This document shows positions 30,566 to 32,000 of a stretch of DNA of 32,000 nt, piece by piece. Made by a program: the position numbers and the translations under genes. The stretch is taken from the NCBI GenBank assembly GCA_035390665.1, contig DAOOUC010000002.1:92143-124142 (forward strand). The letters are read 5' to 3'. The notes under the pieces are model-generated. The model made no database searches. It was not told the DNA's origin and saw only the letters and a list, made by a program, of their open reading frames with translations. The DNA comes from an archaeon (GTDB taxonomy: Archaea > Iainarchaeota > Iainarchaeia > Iainarchaeales > CSSED10-239). The number at the start of each line of letters is the position of its first letter. Position 1 is the stretch's first letter.

Positions 30566-32000
30566 ATGGACACGAATTTTAATACCGGATTATCAGAAAC
30601 TGAAGTACAATATAAGCTAAAAGAATATGGGCTTAATAAGATAAGTGTTGCTAAAAAAAATACATTTCTAAAGATGTTATTTTCTCAATTTACTTCTTTA
30701 ATTATTATTATATTATTAATCTGTGCTTTTATTTTCTTGTTTATAGGAGATACTTTAGAGTTTTTTCTAGTTTTAGTTATTGTTCTTGTTAATGGAGTTA
30801 TTGGTTTTATTCAAGAATATAAAGCAGATAGAGCTGTAGAGTCTTTGAAAAAGATGTTAGTCTTAAAAGCAGAAGTATTAAGAGACGGAAGTAGAAAAGA
30901 AATTAATTCTGAAGAGCTAGTGCCAGGAGATATTGTTTATGTTTATGAAGGAGACAAGGTACCTGCAGATTTGAAAATTTTAGAGAATTATTCTCTTTTA
31001 GTTGATGAATCAATATTAAATGGAGAAAGTACACCAACAAGAAAAGATTTAAAAGAGAATAATCTTTTATTTTCAGGAACAACAATTGTTAGTGGAAAAG
31101 GAAAAGCAATTGTAGAAAATACAGGAATGAAAACCGAATTTGGTAAAATTGTTAATCTTGTTTCTGAAGATAAACAAGAAAGGACAAATCTAGAGAAAGA
31201 CATTGATTATCTTTCTAAGGTTTTAGTATATATAATGATTGTAGGTTTTGTGATTTTGTTTATTCTTGGACTAGTTAGAGGGCAACCAATTCTTACAATA
31301 TTTTTAATATCTGTCTCTCTTGCAATTTCAGCAATTCCTGAAGGGTTACCAATAGTTATGACTTTAACTCTAGCTAATGGCGTACAATTAATGTCAAAGA
31401 AAAATGCAATTGTTAAAAAGTTAAATTCAGTAGAAGCATTAGGGTCAACAACAGTTATTTGTTCAGATAAGACAGGAACCCTAACATTAAATGAGATGAC
31501 TGTTGAAAAGCTTCATACTTTAGTTTTTGAAAAAAATATTTCTGCAACAGGTTATGCTTATGATAAACAGGAAATAATTGATAACAGAGATGCTCATAAA
31601 CTAATAGATATTGCAAACAACTGTAATAATGCAATTATTGATAAAGCCATTTTTGGAGACCCAACAGAAATTGCTTTAAAGGTTCTTGCCAAAAAATCAA
31701 GACTTGAAAATAATTATAAGTTTGTAGATGAGATTCCTTTTTCTTCTGAAAGAAAGATGATGTCAACAGTTCATGAGATTAGTGGACAATATGAGATGTT
31801 TAGTAAAGGTGCTTTAAGTGAAATTTTAAAAAGGTCTAATAAGATTCTAGATAACGGCAAAGTAAGAGCAATAACAAAAAAAGATATAGAGTTCTTTGAA
31901 AAACTTGAAGAAAAATATGCGATGCAGGCTTTAAGAGTTTTAGGTTTTTCATATAAGCTAATGCCAAATCTAAAAGATAAAAAAGAAAGTGATTTTATTT
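30566..32000 (+). CDS. P-type cation-transporting ATPase, type II (Ca2+-ATPase-like), N-terminal ~478 aa (3' end outside the window)
   Basis: Absent from the ORF track because the frame is open to the window end. Manual translation: MDTNFNTGLSETEVQYKLKEYGLNKI.., VPGDIVYVYEGDKVPADLKIL, LLVDESILNGES, TGMKTEFGKI, PEGLPIVMT, and the phosphorylation site ICSDKTGTLTLNEM (about 31463-31504). In-frame alternative ATGs lie at 30539 and 30548. Confidence 0.9.
   Translation, partial: MDTNFNTGLSETEVQYKLKEYGLNKISVAKKNTFLKMLFSQFTSLIIIILLICAFIFLFIGDTLEFFLVLVIVLVNGVIGFIQEYKADRAVESLKKMLVLKAEVLRDGSRKEINSEELVPGDIVYVYEGDKVPADLKILENYSLLVDESILNGESTPTRKDLKENNLLFSGTTIVSGKGKAIVENTGMKTEFGKIVNLVSEDKQERTNLEKDIDYLSKVLVYIMIVGFVILFILGLVRGQPILTIFLISVSLAISAIPEGLPIVMTLTLANGVQLMSKKNAIVKKLNSVEALGSTTVICSDKTGTLTLNEMTVEKLHTLVFEKNISATGYAYDKQEIIDNRDAHKLIDIANNCNNAIIDKAIFGDPTEIALKVLAKKSRLENNYKFVDEIPFSSERKMMSTVHEISGQYEMFSKGALSEILKRSNKILDNGKVRAITKKDIEFFEKLEEKYAMQALRVLGFSYKLMPNLKDKKESDFI

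Noticed and set aside
86-31203. ORF-track entries nested in or antisense to better-supported genes: 86-346(-), 383-658(-), 5362-5706(-), 8575-8832(+), 8706-8897(+), 9028-9306(+), 11000-11185(+), 12705-13046(+), 13068-13271(+), 13258-13449(+), 15042-15236(-), 15227-15451(-), 16612-16800(+), 17366-17641(-), 19834-20046(-), 22174-22428(-), 25329-25571(-), 27011-27223(-), 27586-27795(-), 28145-28357(-), 30263-30466(+), 30903-31085(-), 30988-31203(-).
   Set aside because: Each lies inside a longer ORF with recognisable family motifs on another frame or strand. Their translations are low-complexity (F/L/I/S/K-rich) with no motif I recognise, as expected for shadow frames.
1-32000. CRISPR arrays, transposases or integrases, diversity-generating retroelement (RT plus template and variable repeats) targeting the surface proteins, prophage genes, rRNA.
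   Set aside because: I saw no regularly spaced direct repeats, no RT, integrase or transposase-like ORF on either strand, and no long near-identical repeat pair. The only tandem repeat is the in-frame rpl10e tail.
1-32000. Stop-codon reassignment or an alternative genetic code.
   Set aside because: All conserved genes (smc, tyrS, gltX, trkH, the beta-CASP RNase, the P-type ATPase) are uninterrupted under the standard code and end at positions consistent with family lengths.

Overview
Very AT-rich (about 30% GC by eye), gene-dense window with about 31 supported protein genes, one tRNA and several small elements that the ORF track does not list. The gene content is archaeal: uL16 of the L10e type, an NMD3-like protein, a KH-less beta-CASP (aCPSF-like) RNase, FlaK/FlaI/FlaJ-type pilus machinery, and archaeal/eukaryal-type TyrRS and GluRS. 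Genes are short and often coupled by 4-nt overlaps, and several enzymes carry degenerate catalytic motifs. I infer a reduced-genome, possibly DPANN-like archaeon, but this cannot be tested here. Layout: serS (3' part), Nudix, NYN/LabA-like and SMC (1-4899); two signal-peptide, C-terminally anchored beta-sandwich surface proteins (5000-7698); a convergent adk plus long coiled-coil protein operon (7695-9841); tRNA-Arg(CCT) (9950-10024); trkH-trkA (10116-12207); NMD3-like and beta-CASP RNase on the minus strand (12204-14286). A seven-gene plus-strand block follows (14444-21533): orphan ADP-forming acetyl-CoA synthetase beta-like ATP-grasp, degenerate PHP-like protein, FlaK/PibD-type prepilin peptidase, FlaI-like protein, two FlaJ/TadBC-like membrane proteins, DUF192. 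Next come a 447-bp non-coding structured spacer, uL16/L10e with a repetitive Ala/Pro/Lys tail, a Trm11/Trm14-like methyltransferase, ndk, two micro-ORFs, a thioredoxin-fold protein, tyrS, gltX, an MBL hydrolase, a GNAT-like protein, a HAD hydrolase (minus strand) and the 5' part of a P-type (Ca2+-type) ATPase running off the window. I found no rRNA, CRISPR array, transposase, integrase or reverse transcriptase. Best candidate for something new: the pilus-like assembly locus. Its only secretion-ATPase homolog has lost the Walker A, Asp-box, Walker B and His-box residues and gained a ~345-aa N-terminal extension, its platform protein is split in two, and no pilin gene is present. Other notable items are a shared C-terminal motif on the two surface proteins, the GC-rich AAPAKG-repeat tail on uL16 with a compositionally matching micro-ORF, an SGPS (cysteine-less) thioredoxin, and hairpin plus T-tract terminators that straddle stop codons.
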